From: Planctomycetota bacterium
GTDB lineage: Bacteria; Planctomycetota; UBA1135; UBA2386
Direction of reading: 5' to 3'
Assembly: GCA_046290465.1 (NCBI GenBank)
Contig: JBKAGP010000001.1
Location: 2,432,001-2,496,000, forward strand
Length of the DNA: 64,000 bases
Positions 49,532 through 60,201 of the stretch are shown here, piece by piece (position 1 is the first letter of the stretch; every line of letters begins with the position of its first letter). A program made the translations under genes and the position numbers. The notes under the pieces are model-generated. The model did no database searches. It had not been told where the DNA came from and saw only the letters and a list, made by a program, of their open reading frames with translations.

Positions 49532-51054
49532 CGCGCCGCGCCCCGCTGTGGTTGGCGGCCGCGCTGGCAGCGTGCGCTCCCGCCCGCTTCGTCCCGAGGG
49601 ACGTCGACCACGGACTCGCGGTGCCGTCGGGTGCAGCCGCGCTCGAGGCGCCGCGAACGGTCGCCGAGGCGCCGGGCATGTCGGCTCCCCCGGAGCCGCC
49701 CGCACCGGACGAGGCGCAGGCCTTTGACGGTTCGCTGCAGCTCGCCACCGTGCTCGCTTCGGTGGTCGACCGCTACCCGCCCTACCTCGCCAAACTGCTG
49801 CAGCGCGACCTCGCGTCGGGCCGGCTGACGCAGGCGATGGGCAACTTCGACTCGTACTTGTCTGCCAAGGTCGGCGGCCGGCTGCAGGGCTTCTACGAAT
49901 CAACGGTCGCGCAGGGCCTGATCGAACAGCCGCTCGCGACCGGCGACACGATCTACGGCGGCTACCGGGTCAGCGACGGGTTCCTGCCGGACTACTACTC
50001 GGACCGCACCCAGGACGACGGCGAGTTCGTGTTCGGCGGACGGATCCCGCTGCTGCAGAACCGCAGCATCGACGGCCGCCGCGCCGACGTGCGCATCGCC
50101 GAGATCGGCGTGCTGCTGGCCGAGCCGGAGATCCGCGGCGCGCGCATCAAGTTCGTGCGGAAGGCGACGGCCAGCTACCAGAAGTGGCTCGCGACCGGGC
50201 GCAAGCTGGCGATCGCGCGCGAGCTGCTGAAGCTCGCCAACGATCGCGACGCCGGCCTGCGGCGGGCGGTCGAGCGGCAGTTCCTGGCGCCGATCGCGCT
50301 GACCGACAACGAACGGCTGGTGGCGCAACGCAGCATCTACGTGGTGCAGGCCGAGCGCGCCTTCCAGCGGGCCGCGCTGGAGCTGTCGCTGTTCCTGCGC
50401 GACGACGACGACCTGCCGATCGTCGCCGGCGAAGCCAACCTGCCGCAGATCCCCGCCGACGAACTCGCCGAGCCGAGCACGTCGCTCGACACCGACCTCG
50501 CGGTCGCGGTGCAGCAGCGACCCGAACTCGAGGAGGTCCAGCTGCGCATCGAGCAGGCCCGCACCGAGGCAGAGCTGGCGTCGAACCAGACGATGCCGCA
50601 GCTCGACGTCATCGTCGAGGGCGCCGCCTCGCTGAGCGAAGGCCCCTACAAGGATCGCGAGGACCTCGAACTGTTCGTCGGCGGCGAGCTGAAGGTCCCG
50701 ATCCAGCGACGCAAGGCGAAGGGCAAGCAGCAGCAGGCCGAGGCCAAGTGGAGCAAGCTGCGCCTCGAGCAGGGCTTCTTGCGGGATCGCATCAGCAACG
50801 AACTGCTGGACGCGCGTTCGGCGATGCGCGCCGCGAAGGAACAGTTCGGGCTCAACGAACTCAACGTCGAGCGCGCCGAACAACTGGTGCAAGCCGAGCA
50901 GCGCAAGTTCGACCTCGGCCTCAGCAACCTGCTCAACGTGCAGATCCGCGAGGGCCAGCTCGCCTCCGCCCGCGCCCAACGCATCGACGCCCGCCTCCGC
51001 TTCGAACTCGCCCGCGCCGCCTACCGCGCCGCCCTGGGCCACACCGGCGAGTAA
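49528..51054 (+). CDS. TolC family outer membrane efflux protein
   Basis: Lipobox-like LAAC, QQRPEL, AEQRKFDLG.S.LL.V..RE; GTGA overlap with hlyD. Confidence 0.9.
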   Translation: MTRRAPLWLAAALAACAPARFVPRDVDHGLAVPSGAAALEAPRTVAEAPGMSAPPEPPAPDEAQAFDGSLQLATVLASVVDRYPPYLAKLLQRDLASGRLTQAMGNFDSYLSAKVGGRLQGFYESTVAQGLIEQPLATGDTIYGGYRVSDGFLPDYYSDRTQDDGEFVFGGRIPLLQNRSIDGRRADVRIAEIGVLLAEPEIRGARIKFVRKATASYQKWLATGRKLAIARELLKLANDRDAGLRRAVERQFLAPIALTDNERLVAQRSIYVVQAERAFQRAALELSLFLRDDDDLPIVAGEANLPQIPADELAEPSTSLDTDLAVAVQQRPELEEVQLRIEQARTEAELASNQTMPQLDVIVEGAASLSEGPYKDREDLELFVGGELKVPIQRRKAKGKQQQAEAKWSKLRLEQGFLRDRISNELLDARSAMRAAKEQFGLNELNVERAEQLVQAEQRKFDLGLSNLLNVQIREGQLASARAQRIDARLRFELARAAYRAALGHTGE

Positions 51055-51145
51055 CTTGCGGTACGGTACCTGGTTCATCCTCCAACTTTCGCGAGCGCGA
51101 GCGCTCGCGGAAGTTGGAGGATGAACCAGGTACCGTACCGCAAGT
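51054..51145. repeat. Long palindromic REP/REPIN-like element, copy 2 (possible bidirectional terminator)
   Basis: Perfect arms ACTTGCGGTACGGTACCTGGTTCATCCTCCAACTT / AAGTTGGAGGATGAACCAGGTACCGTACCGCAAGT filling the gap between convergent stops. Confidence 0.88.
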
Positions 51146-52185
51146 CAGGCGAACTGGATGGTGGCGAGGCGGTCGCGGAGTTGGTTGTTGCCGCCGTCGA
51201 GCACGTCGAGGGTCTTGGCGTCGCGGTAGTGACGTTCGACGTGGTATTCGACCGTGTAGCCGAAGCCGCCGTGGATCTGGATGGCCTCGTCACTGGCGAG
51301 CACCATCGCGTCGACGGCGGCGATGCGGGCGTCGATCGCGGCGTCGGTCGCGTCCTGGCCGAGGTCGGCGAGGCGCGCGGCGTGCCAGGCGAGCTGCTGG
51401 GCCGCCGACGCGGCGCGGCCACTCTCGACCAGCTTGCGCTGCACGGCGTCCTGCACCAGCAGCGGCTTGCCGAACGCGATGCGCTCCCCGGCGTGCTTCT
51501 TGGCGGCCTGGATCGCACCGATCGCGCCGCCGACGCCGGCGGCGGCCACGCCCAGGAACGCGACCAGTTCGGCCCGCGCGATCGCGGCCTCGGCATGCTC
51601 GAGCGTGGCGCCGGCGACCCCGTCGCAGGTCACCCGCCCGCACGCGGCACTGTTGAGCCCCAGGGTGTGCAGCGCATCGCGCTGGCACGCCGCGGCATCG
51701 ACCTGCACGAGCACCTGCGCATCCCCGTCCTTGGCGGCGACCAGCAGCAGGTCGGCCTCCATCGCCGCCGGCACCAGCTCGGCCGTGCCGCTCAGCTTGC
51801 CATCGGCGAACGTGAAGCCGTTCTCCGGGCCGACGAACACCGCCAGCTTGCTGCCCGCGGCGACCTCGTCGAGGTCGGCGCCGGCCTGCTCCATCGCGAG
51901 CACGGCCTGCATCTGGCCGATCCACAGGCGGGCCAGCGAACCGCTGTGCTCACCGATCGACTCGAGCGCGGCCACGAACGGCACCAGGCCCATGCCGGCG
52001 CCGCCGTGGTCCTCGGCCAGCGACAGGCCGTAGACGCCGAGCTCGGCGAGGCCGTCGAACCACTCGCGGACGAACGTGCGGTGCTCGTCGAGTTCTTGCA
52101 CCTTGGGAGCGACGGTGTCGGCCACCATCTTGCGGACGGTGTCGACGACCATCTCCTGGTCTTCGGTCAGTTGCAGATTGTGCAT
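51145..52185 (-). CDS. Acyl-CoA dehydrogenase family, short degenerate subunit
   Basis: LTEDQEM, ERIAFGKPL, IQIHGGFGY..EY.VERHYRDAK; lacks the C-terminal catalytic Glu. Confidence 0.85.
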   Translation of the reverse strand: MHNLQLTEDQEMVVDTVRKMVADTVAPKVQELDEHRTFVREWFDGLAELGVYGLSLAEDHGGAGMGLVPFVAALESIGEHSGSLARLWIGQMQAVLAMEQAGADLDEVAAGSKLAVFVGPENGFTFADGKLSGTAELVPAAMEADLLLVAAKDGDAQVLVQVDAAACQRDALHTLGLNSAACGRVTCDGVAGATLEHAEAAIARAELVAFLGVAAAGVGGAIGAIQAAKKHAGERIAFGKPLLVQDAVQRKLVESGRAASAAQQLAWHAARLADLGQDATDAAIDARIAAVDAMVLASDEAIQIHGGFGYTVEYHVERHYRDAKTLDVLDGGNNQLRDRLATIQFA

Positions 52186-52211
52186 GATGTGGGTGCGGTT
52201 GCGGCGGGCGC

Positions 52212-53336
52212 CTAGCGGCCGCCCTGCCAGTAGTAGAGGAAGCGGGGACCGGTCGACGACGTCAGCAGACGGTCGACGGCCGACCCGTTGGTCTCGGGCG
52301 CGAACGCGCCGAACAGCAGATCGGAGAACGTCGGTCGACGACGCCGTTCGACCACCGTGACCTCGTGGCCGAGCTTCTGCTCGAACCACGACACCGCGGT
52401 CTGGTAGTCCCCGATGTCGTCGACGAGGCCGAGGTCGAGCGCCTGCCTGGCGGTGTAGATGCCGCCGTTGGCGGCGCGCTCGACCGACTCCTTGTCCATG
52501 CCGCGCCCCTCCATCACGACCGCCACGAACTGGTCGTAGAGCTCGTCGACGATGCTGGTCAGCATCGCCCGTTCGCCGTCCGTCATCGGCCGCGTCGGCG
52601 ACAGCATGTCCTTGTACGGCGTGCGGTCCGACTTGATCGCGATCTGCTCGACGCCGAACTCCTCCGCCATCTTGGCGAAGTTCCAGGCCGACATGATCAC
52701 GCCGATGCTGCCGCTGATCGAAGTGCGACGCGAGATGATGTGTTCGGCCGCCGCGGCGATGTAGTAGCCACCCGACGCGCACATGTCGCCGTAGAGCGCG
52801 GCGACCGGCAGGTCCGGGTTCTCGTCGCGGAACGCGCGCAGCATCTGGTAGACGCGATCCGAGTCGGTGACGCCGCCACCCGGCGAATCGATGTAGAGCA
52901 GCACGCCCTCGACGCCTTCGGCGCGCGCGTAGCGCAGCGCCCGGCGCACCGAGCTGACGGTGCCGCCCGAGGCCCCCATCAGCGGGTTGGCGCCCTCGGA
53001 GATGGCGCCGCGGATCGCGATCTGCAGCACCTTGTGGTCGCCGCCGCGCTCGCCCGCGACGAACATCTCGTCGTAGTTGGCGCTGCCCGGATCGGCGAAG
53101 CCACCGCCGGCGAGGCTGCCGACGCTCAACAGCAACAGCAGCACGTTGAGGCCCGCCGACGCGAGCAGCAGGATGCCGAGGAAGATCGCGACGAAGAACG
53201 CCACCCCGCGCGGCTCGCGCGGTTGCACGCCCGGCGGGACCGGCCACTGCGGCTGCTGCGGCGGCACCCCGGGCGGCGGGCTCGTCGAGCCCCCGGCCGG
53301 GTTCGGCTGCGGGTCGGGCGGCGGCGTCTGGCTCAT
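52212..53336 (-). CDS. sppA: Signal peptide peptidase SppA (S49)
   Basis: IDSPGGGV, ASGGYYIA, GSIGVI, YKD, A.GGIYTARQA..LGLVD. Confidence 0.9.
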   Translation of the reverse strand: MSQTPPPDPQPNPAGGSTSPPPGVPPQQPQWPVPPGVQPREPRGVAFFVAIFLGILLLASAGLNVLLLLLSVGSLAGGGFADPGSANYDEMFVAGERGGDHKVLQIAIRGAISEGANPLMGASGGTVSSVRRALRYARAEGVEGVLLYIDSPGGGVTDSDRVYQMLRAFRDENPDLPVAALYGDMCASGGYYIAAAAEHIISRRTSISGSIGVIMSAWNFAKMAEEFGVEQIAIKSDRTPYKDMLSPTRPMTDGERAMLTSIVDELYDQFVAVVMEGRGMDKESVERAANGGIYTARQALDLGLVDDIGDYQTAVSWFEQKLGHEVTVVERRRRPTFSDLLFGAFAPETNGSAVDRLLTSSTGPRFLYYWQGGR

Positions 53337-54502
53337 GCGAGGAGGCCGCGCGCGATGACCAGGCGCTGGATGTCGGTGGCGCCTTCGTAGATCTCGGTGA
53401 TGCGCGCGTCGCGCAACAGGCGCTCGGCCGCGCTGGCGCCGCTGGCGCCCTTCTGGCCGAGGATCGAGACCGCCGCCCGCGCCGCGCGGTTGGCGAGACG
53501 CGACGTGGTCGACTTGGCCATCGCGGCCTCGGTGCCGCAGCGTTCGCCGGCATCGCGCATGACCGCCGCACGCCAGGTCAAGAACCGGTAGGCGTCGAGC
53601 TCCGACGCGAGGTCGGCGAGCTCCCACTGGTCGGGCTGCGAACTGTTCGGACGACCCTTGTGGTCGACCTGGGCGCCGAGGTGCTCCTTGATCAGGTCGA
53701 TCGAGGCGCGCGCGATGCCGAGCGCCTGCGAGGCGATGCCGAGGCGGCCGCCGTCGAGCGTGTCGAGCGCGATCGTGAAGCCCTGGCCCTCCTCGGCGAG
53801 CAGGCAGTCGGCCGGGACCTTGACGTCCTCGAGCACGATCTCGGTCGTCGGCGAGCCCTTCAGGCCGAGCTTGCGCTCCTTCTTGCCGACGCTGACACCC
53901 GGCAGCGAACCCTCGACGACGAACGCCGAGATGCCCTTGACGCGATCCTCACCGGTGCGCGCGAACACGACGAACAGGTCCGCCTCGCTGCCGGTCGTGA
54001 TCCACAGCTTGGCGCCGTTCATCACGTAGTGGTCGCCGTCCTTCTTGGCCTCGCAGCGCAGCGCCGCCGCGTCCGAACCGGAGAACGCCTCGCTCAGGCA
54101 GTAGGCGCCGAGCCACTCGCCGGTGACCATCTTCGGGAACCAGCGCTTCTTCTGCTCCTCGTTGCACCACTTGCCGAGCAGCGAGTTCACCAGCGAGTTG
54201 TGCACGCTGATGGTCACGCCGGTCGACACGCAGACCGAGTTGATCTCCTCGAGCATCACGCAGCTGGCGAGGTTGCCGAGGTCGGTGCCGCCGTATTCCT
54301 TGGCGACGGTCGTGCACAGCAGGCCTTCCTTGGCGGCGGCCGCGACGGCCTCCTTCGGGAACTTCGTCTCGCGGTCGTAGACGGCCGCGTCCTTCAGGTT
54401 GGCCTCGCAGTAGGCGCGGATCTTCTGCTGGAACTCGACGAGTTCCGGCGAGAGGCGGAAGTCGGAGACCTGCACTCCGGCGCCGGTGGTGGTCGTGGTC
54501 AT
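53333..54502 (-). CDS. Acyl-CoA dehydrogenase family, catalytic-type subunit
   Basis: AYCLSEAFSGSD, NGAKLWIT, KLGLKGS.T, LDGGRLGIA, RDARITEIYEG. Confidence 0.92.
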   Translation of the reverse strand: MTTTTTGAGVQVSDFRLSPELVEFQQKIRAYCEANLKDAAVYDRETKFPKEAVAAAAKEGLLCTTVAKEYGGTDLGNLASCVMLEEINSVCVSTGVTISVHNSLVNSLLGKWCNEEQKKRWFPKMVTGEWLGAYCLSEAFSGSDAAALRCEAKKDGDHYVMNGAKLWITTGSEADLFVVFARTGEDRVKGISAFVVEGSLPGVSVGKKERKLGLKGSPTTEIVLEDVKVPADCLLAEEGQGFTIALDTLDGGRLGIASQALGIARASIDLIKEHLGAQVDHKGRPNSSQPDQWELADLASELDAYRFLTWRAAVMRDAGERCGTEAAMAKSTTSRLANRAARAAVSILGQKGASGASAAERLLRDARITEIYEGATDIQRLVIARGLLA

Positions 54503-54506
54503 GCTG

Positions 54507-55388
<882 letters not shown>

Positions 55389-55405
55389 TGGTCTCTCTCG
55401 ATGGC

Positions 55406-56590
55406 TCAGATGCGCTCGACGCCCATGACGACCGCGTTGCCGCCGCCGAGGCACAGGCCGGCGATGCCGGTGGTCTTGTCGTGGCGCTGCAGGGCGTGCA
55501 GCAGCGTCACCAGCACGCGCGTGCCCGAGCAGCCGATCGGGTGGCCGAGCGCGACGGCGCCGCCGTGCACGTTCCACTTCGCCGGGTCGGCCTCGAGCTG
55601 GCGCTGCAGCGCGACCATCTGCACCGAGAACGCCTCGTTCATCTCGATCAGGTCGAAGTCGCCGACACCGACGTTGAGCAGCGAGCACAGCTTCTTGGTC
55701 GCGACCTCCGGGGCCATCATCACCCACTCGGGCGCCAGGCCGCCGGTGGCGTAGCCCATGATGCGCGCGATCGGCTTGAGGCCGTGCGCCTTGGCGAAGT
55801 CCTCGTCGCAGACGATCGTCGCGGCGGCGCCGTCGTTGATCGAGCTGGCGTTGCCGGCGGTCACGGTGCCGCCGTCGCGCTTGAACGCGGGACGCAGCTT
55901 CGCCAGCGCCTCGGGCGTCGAGTCGGCGCGCGGGCCGTCGTCCTTGCAGAACTGGATCGGGTCCTTCTTCCGCTGCGGCACCTCGACCTGGAAGATCTCG
56001 TCGTCGAACGCGCCGGACTGCTGGGCCGCGACCGCCTTCTTGTGGCTGTCGGCGGCATACGCGTCCTGCTCCTCACGGGTCACGCCGTACTTCTCGGCGA
56101 CCAGCTCGCCGGTGTTGCCCATGTGGAAGTCGTTGTAGTGGTCCCACAGGCCGTCCCAGACGATGCCGTCGAGCGCCTGGCTGTGGCCGAGGCGGGCACC
56201 GGCGCGGGCCTGCGGCAGCAGGTAGGGCGTGTTGGTCATCGACTCCATGCCCCCGGCGACGGCGCACTTCAGGTCGCCGGCCTTGATCGCCTGCGCGGCG
56301 AGCATCACGGTCTTGAGGCCCGAGCCGCAGACCTTGTTGATGGTGACCGCGGCCTGGCTGTCCGGGATGCCGGCGGCGCGCAGGGCCTGGCGGGCCGGGT
56401 TCTGGCCGAGGCCGGCCTGCAGCACGTTGCCCATCAGCACCTCGTCGATCTGCTCGGCCGGCACGCCGCTGCGGCGCAGGGCCTCGGTGACGGCCAGGCC
56501 GCCCAGTTGCGGCGCGGTGAACGGCGAGAGCGCACCCTGGAACTTGGCGATGGCGGTGCGGCAGGCGCTGACGATGACGGGTCGACCCAT
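55406..56590 (-). CDS. Acetyl-CoA C-acyltransferase (thiolase)
   Basis: [36 protein letters not shown]. Confidence 0.95.
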   Translation of the reverse strand: MGRPVIVSACRTAIAKFQGALSPFTAPQLGGLAVTEALRRSGVPAEQIDEVLMGNVLQAGLGQNPARQALRAAGIPDSQAAVTINKVCGSGLKTVMLAAQAIKAGDLKCAVAGGMESMTNTPYLLPQARAGARLGHSQALDGIVWDGLWDHYNDFHMGNTGELVAEKYGVTREEQDAYAADSHKKAVAAQQSGAFDDEIFQVEVPQRKKDPIQFCKDDGPRADSTPEALAKLRPAFKRDGGTVTAGNASSINDGAAATIVCDEDFAKAHGLKPIARIMGYATGGLAPEWVMMAPEVATKKLCSLLNVGVGDFDLIEMNEAFSVQMVALQRQLEADPAKWNVHGGAVALGHPIGCSGTRVLVTLLHALQRHDKTTGIAGLCLGGGNAVVMGVERI

Positions 56591-56761
56591 GCTGGTTTCG
56601 TGCGTTCGGAGCGGTTTGCGGCCGGGCGACGACGCGATTCGCGGCAGCCCGGTCGGTTCTCGGGGCAAATAGTGTAGCGACCGACAGGGCAACGACCATG
56701 GCCAGGCCGCCTTTCGTGCAACCTGTCGCGATCGCGTCGCGGCGCCACCGGGCCATTCGGC

Positions 56762-57409
56762 CTAGCGGACTTCGTCCCTGTCGGCCTCCGCCGCAAGCTC
56801 CGAAAACACCGAATCCGGCAACCCCTGTCCGAGCCGTGCGAGCGCCCGCCGGTAGCGCTTCGACAGCGCGTCGCGCGTGATCCCGAGGCGCTCGGCGACC
56901 ACCTCGGCGTCCTGCTGCTCGATCCCGCGCAACAGCAGCACCTCGCGGTCGTCGTCCCCCAGTTCGTCGAGCACCTCGCGCACCTTGCAGACGCGCTCGC
57001 GGCGGACGACGCTCGAGACGACTTCGCTGCGCGGACCGGCCAGCGCCTCCGGCGGTGCCGCCGCCGGCAGCGCATCGAGCGACGCCGTCGCGCGGCGGAC
57101 CTCGCGTCGCAGCAGGTTGCGGACCTTGCCGAGGATCGTGCTGCTGAGGAACTTCAGCAACACCGGCGTCAACCGGCCGTCGCGCGGTTCGACCCCGGCC
57201 AGCCGCGGCAGCAGCACCATCCACGCCTCCTGCACCACGTCGCGCGGATCGTGGCAGCGGCGCAGCACCGGCCCCATCCGCCAGTCCGCCTGCGCGACCA
57301 GCAGCGGCGTCAGCCGTTCGACCAACCACGCCACGCTGCCGTCGTCGCCGTCGGCGGCGCGGCGCGCGTGCAGGGTGGTCAGGGCTCCGGGGTCGGGCAC
57401 GTCCGTCAT
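56762..57409 (-). CDS. ECF sigma-70 factor
   Basis: DVVQEAW (region 2); LDEL..DDREVLLLR.......VAERLGI...A..KRY.RAL (region 4). Confidence 0.88.
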   Translation of the reverse strand: MTDVPDPGALTTLHARRAADGDDGSVAWLVERLTPLLVAQADWRMGPVLRRCHDPRDVVQEAWMVLLPRLAGVEPRDGRLTPVLLKFLSSTILGKVRNLLRREVRRATASLDALPAAAPPEALAGPRSEVVSSVVRRERVCKVREVLDELGDDDREVLLLRGIEQQDAEVVAERLGITRDALSKRYRRALARLGQGLPDSVFSELAAEADRDEVR

Positions 57410-57419
57410 CGTGTTCGGT

Positions 57420-60080
57420 TCACTTGCCGTAGCGCTCGGCCAATGCGGCGAAGTCGGCGCGCTGACGGAACACGTCCATCTCTGCGAGACCGAACAGCTG
57501 CGGACGAAGGCTACCATCCGCGGCCGCCGCGCGGACCAGTGCGACAACCTCGCCACCCAGCTCGTCGAGAACCCCGTCGAGCCCCGCCACCCGCGCGGCC
57601 TCGGCGCAGTGCGCCAGCGCCACGACCACGCTCATGCGTCCCTGCACCGGCTGTCGGTCGAGCAGGCGCCGGGCGGCGGTGGCCGCCGCGTCGAGGTCGT
57701 GCAGGCGCAGCTGGGCGAACACGAGCTCCCGGGTCAGCGTGCGCAGGTACGAACGCGACGTCTGGTCGCTCGGCTCCACCTGCAGCGCGGTCTCGAGCGC
57801 GGTGCGCGCGTCGACCAGCAGCGCGACCACGGCCTCGTCGTCGACGGTGCCGCGGCGTGCGATCGCGAGGTTGCAGAGCGCGCCGCCGAGGGCACCGTGC
57901 AGCGTCGAGGACGGCGGCGTCGTCGAGACCAGCGCGCGGAAGCCGTCGACCGCCTCGACGAACGCAGCCTCGCCCTCGGCCCTGCGCTCCAGCTTCATCC
58001 GCGCCACACCGAGGGAGTTGACCGCCTCGAACCGTCGGAAGCGCAGGCTGCGCTGGCCCGGGTGCCGTTCGAGGCCGTCGTCGAACACGCCGATCGCCTC
58101 GTCGAGCGCGCGCACGGCGAGGTCCGGTCGGCCGGTCCCGCGCATCGCGTCCCCGAACTGCGACAGCGCCGAGCCGAGCATCAGGTAGGCGACGGCCTGG
58201 TCGGGCCAGAGCTGCAGCAGCCGGCGGCTCAGCTCGACGCGCTGCTGGATACGCACCAGGGACTCCTGACCGCGCTTGCGCAGCAGCAGCACGCGACCGA
58301 GGTTGCCGAGCACCGGCACCGTCGCGGAGATCAGCGGACCGTTGTCCTGATCGCCCCGCGCCGCGACCAGCAGCTCGTCGGCGACCCGGGTCAGTTCGTC
58401 GAGCACGTCCTCGCCGGCCCGCGCGTCGAGCATCAGGATCTGCCCGCGCGCGACCAGCGTGTGCCAGCGCGACAACTCGACGCGCGAGCCGCGGTCGCGC
58501 GCGGCGACGTCGGCGAACCCGTCGCGCGCCAGCTCGGCGTGGTGACGGGCGGCGGCCACGTCGCCGAGTTCGCTGTGCAGGCTCGACAGCCGGAGGTGGC
58601 TGAGCGCGACGAAGTAGCGCAGGCGCGGCTGGTCGCCGCGCAGCTCGACGAACCGCTCGAAGTAGTCGTTCGCCTTCTGCAGCAGCTTGCGCCGGACGGG
58701 GTCCGAGCCGTCCCCGACGTTGGCGCCGTGCAGGCCGATCGCGCCGAGCAGTTCGTCGCCGGCGCGGATCGCGAGTTCGAAGTTCTCCTCGGCCTCGACC
58801 ATGCGATCGCCGGCCTCGCGCGCGTGCACGACGCTGGTGACGAGGCCACCCGACAGCGCCACCAACGCGACCAGCATGGCGCCGGCGGCGAGCGCGTTCC
58901 GGCGTCCCCACTTGCACAGCGTCGAGAACCAGCCGCCCGCGTGCGCGCGGACGACGCGCGACTCGAGGAACGCGCGCAGGTCCTCGGCGAGCTCGCTGGC
59001 AGACGCGTAGCGACGCCGCGGATCGCGCTGCATCGCACGTTCGCAGATGCTGACCAGCTCGGCGGGCAGCGTCCGGCCGCGACGCGGCAGCGCCGCCGGC
59101 GGCCCGTCGAGCACCCGCGCCAGCGTCTCCTTGGTGCCACGCGTCTCGTCGGCCCCCAGGAACGGCGGGTGTCCGGCCAGCAGCTGGTAGAGCATCGCGC
59201 CCAGCGAATAGACGTCGCTGGGCGGACCGACGGCGTCGAGTTCGCCGCGAGCCTGCTCGGGGGCCATGTAGGCGGGGGTCCCGACGACCTCGCCGTCGGC
59301 CGTTCGCAGCAGGTCGTCTCGCAGACCACTGAGCGGCGAACCGTCGGCCGTGCCCGGCTCGCCGCTCGCGCCGAGCTCGTCGCCGGACATCCGCGCCAGC
59401 CCCCAGTCGACGACGTAGGTGGCGCCGTCGGTGCCGACCATCACGTTGGCCGGCTTGAGGTCGCGGTGCACGACCCCGCGCGCATGGGCGTGCGCGACCG
59501 CCTCGCAAACGCGGGCCAGCACGCCGACCGCACGCACCAGGGTCCAACGCGGATCGCCGGCCACCATCGCCGCCGCGACCCGCTGCAGGTCGAAGCCCTC
59601 GACGACCGGCATCGTGAAGTACGGCATGCCGCCGGCATCGAGTCCGATCTCGTGCACGGTCACGATCCCGGGGTGCTGCAGGCGCGCGAGCACCTTGGCT
59701 TCGTGCAGGAACCGCCGCAGGCGCCGCGGAGACGGCGCGACCCCGTCGGTCGCGAGCGACTTCATCGCGACGTCCCGGCCGAGCGCCGGGTCGAAGCAAC
59801 GCACGACGCGCCCCATGCCGCCGCGGCCGATCTCGCCGCGTAGCTGGTAGCGTTCGGCGCGTCCGGGCAGGGCGGCGTCCTCGGGCGACCCGGGGCCGCC
59901 GACGTCGTGCCGCACCGCCGCGAACTCGGCGGCGACGGCCGCCTCGTGCCCCGGGAACATGGCCTGGTACTCGGCCAGGTCGCGGGTGCGTCCGGTCGTC
60001 TGGTCGTCGAGGTAGACCTGCAGGAACTCGACGGCGACCGCGGAGGACGGGTCGCCGGCGGGCGGTTGGGGGCTGGGCAT
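57420..60080 (-). CDS. Hanks-type Ser/Thr protein kinase with TM helix and TPR-like C-terminus
   Basis: IGRGGMG.V, VAMK, HRDLKPAN, DWGLA, GTPAYMAPE, DVYSLG. Confidence 0.93.
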   Translation of the reverse strand: MPSPQPPAGDPSSAVAVEFLQVYLDDQTTGRTRDLAEYQAMFPGHEAAVAAEFAAVRHDVGGPGSPEDAALPGRAERYQLRGEIGRGGMGRVVRCFDPALGRDVAMKSLATDGVAPSPRRLRRFLHEAKVLARLQHPGIVTVHEIGLDAGGMPYFTMPVVEGFDLQRVAAAMVAGDPRWTLVRAVGVLARVCEAVAHAHARGVVHRDLKPANVMVGTDGATYVVDWGLARMSGDELGASGEPGTADGSPLSGLRDDLLRTADGEVVGTPAYMAPEQARGELDAVGPPSDVYSLGAMLYQLLAGHPPFLGADETRGTKETLARVLDGPPAALPRRGRTLPAELVSICERAMQRDPRRRYASASELAEDLRAFLESRVVRAHAGGWFSTLCKWGRRNALAAGAMLVALVALSGGLVTSVVHAREAGDRMVEAEENFELAIRAGDELLGAIGLHGANVGDGSDPVRRKLLQKANDYFERFVELRGDQPRLRYFVALSHLRLSSLHSELGDVAAARHHAELARDGFADVAARDRGSRVELSRWHTLVARGQILMLDARAGEDVLDELTRVADELLVAARGDQDNGPLISATVPVLGNLGRVLLLRKRGQESLVRIQQRVELSRRLLQLWPDQAVAYLMLGSALSQFGDAMRGTGRPDLAVRALDEAIGVFDDGLERHPGQRSLRFRRFEAVNSLGVARMKLERRAEGEAAFVEAVDGFRALVSTTPPSSTLHGALGGALCNLAIARRGTVDDEAVVALLVDARTALETALQVEPSDQTSRSYLRTLTRELVFAQLRLHDLDAAATAARRLLDRQPVQGRMSVVVALAHCAEAARVAGLDGVLDELGGEVVALVRAAAADGSLRPQLFGLAEMDVFRQRADFAALAERYGK

Positions 60081-60201
60081 GGGGCGAGGTTCGGGAGGGT
60101 TCCGAGGCCCCAGTGTCGCATCCCCCGCGCCGAGGACAGGCCCGGCGGCAGAAATTCGCAGCGAGCTGTCCATGCGCAGCCGGTCGCGACACCGGCAGAG
60201 C

